From NCBI GenBank assembly GCA_019828565.1, contig JAHDYR010000038.1, positions 14,635-78,634 on the forward strand: a stretch of DNA of 64,000 nt, written 5' to 3'. A model generated the notes under the pieces. That model had not been told where the DNA came from. It searched no databases and worked only from the letters and a program-made list of their open reading frames with translations. The position numbers and the translations under genes were made by a program. This stretch comes from Carpediemonas membranifera BICM (Eukaryota > Protista > Fornicata). Of the stretch, positions 63,189-64,000 are shown piece by piece (within the stretch, counting starts at the first letter, position 1; the number at the start of each line of letters is the position of its first letter).

Positions 63189-64000
63189 ATGCTAGACTTG
63201 TTCACTTGGCTGGAAGAAGCCACTGAGTTCGAGAAGAAGGAGCTAATGACCAAGATCAATGCAGCTGCAAGCGCTAAAGGCAAATGCGACGTCCTTCGCG
63301 CGCTTTTTGCTGCCTAGGCGCGATTTACTCGCTACTCAGTGATCAAGGAACGTACGTTACTGAGCCGAAATTGTTTACACAGGTGTTAATCTCAAGCGTA
63401 TTGCCACGTTCTTCCGCCTCACGCGCCAGGAGACGGAAGATATGAAGAAAGGACCTTAAGGCGCAGTTTATGGCGACGATGAAATTGAATGAGGGTGAAA
63501 GGGTCACAGGGGAACACAAGAAAACACTGAAGCAGGTCCTCGGCGGGATACCTTCACGCACCTGTACTGACGGCGAGGTGGAGAGCGCGCGTATTCGGGT
63601 GAAGAAGAGCATTCGTGAGGCTAGAATGAAGACAAACGCTAGGCTTTGAGTGTGAACTCGCGAAGGAGGAGGACGAGGACATCAGGGATTGTACTCGGGT
63701 TCAGATGATGAAGCTGGCCGATGAGGAAGACCGAAAGGAGTTGGAAAAGGAGATGGAATACACGCGCGAGTCCAAGTATGACGTGGTATGGGAGCGAGTG
63801 TACGATGAGATCTGCGGTACTCGTCGTGTGCGGGCCCGCAGGGATAACGCCCCTGTCCCGGCGAGGATCACGCCGACCACGTGCTTCAGCGCTATCTCTG
63901 GAGCCGACCAGATCGATACTCAGGCGCTTACTGGCGAGAAGACGTTGACCACGAGACTCCCTGCTGAAGCTCGAGTCGTACGTCAGCGTGACAGCCAGTC
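63189..64000 (+). pseudogene. Degenerate intron-containing coding remnant running off the window
   Basis: ATG frame with in-frame stops; 31-nt GTACG...TACACAG intron-like segment at 63352-63382; E/K-rich coding-like composition. Confidence 0.35.

Overview
This is GC-rich, gene-dense eukaryotic DNA with tiny GT-AG introns (28-37 nt) and flagellar/centriolar genes. That fits a flagellated protist; a Carpediemonas-like metamonad is my guess, by inference only. There are three zones. (1) 1-9 kb: a DIRS-type tyrosine-recombinase retrotransposon. Its recombinase is split just before the catalytic Tyr by a young Ty3/Gypsy chromovirus with 119-bp LTRs, a 4-bp TSD and a palindromic, non-tRNA PBS. (2) 9-33.7 kb: host genes for a TOG/CLASP_N protein, PP2A B55, an AK9-like protein, a giant coiled-coil with 13 x 594-bp repeats, an STE20 kinase, a Tim50-like protein and CEP76. 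(3) 34-64 kb: an accessory zone. It holds a full-length LINE with a 13-bp TSD, then a >=22 kb block with a RAG1/Transib-like DDE transposase. Its neighbours look like a chromatin toolkit: 2 SET, 2 PHD-type readers, GNAT, OTU, a CHAT/caspase-clan protease, a Cdc7-like kinase, Swt1-type HEPN, an H3-tail-mimic protein and an H2B-like protein. The block is punctuated by ~460-bp repeats and ends in CAC-terminated subterminal repeats. This block is the best candidate for an undescribed system: a giant DNA transposon carrying its own epigenetic machinery. Most accessory ORFs are broken by 1-nt indels in homopolymers, which may be assembly errors. All domain calls are by-eye motif recognition, not database hits.
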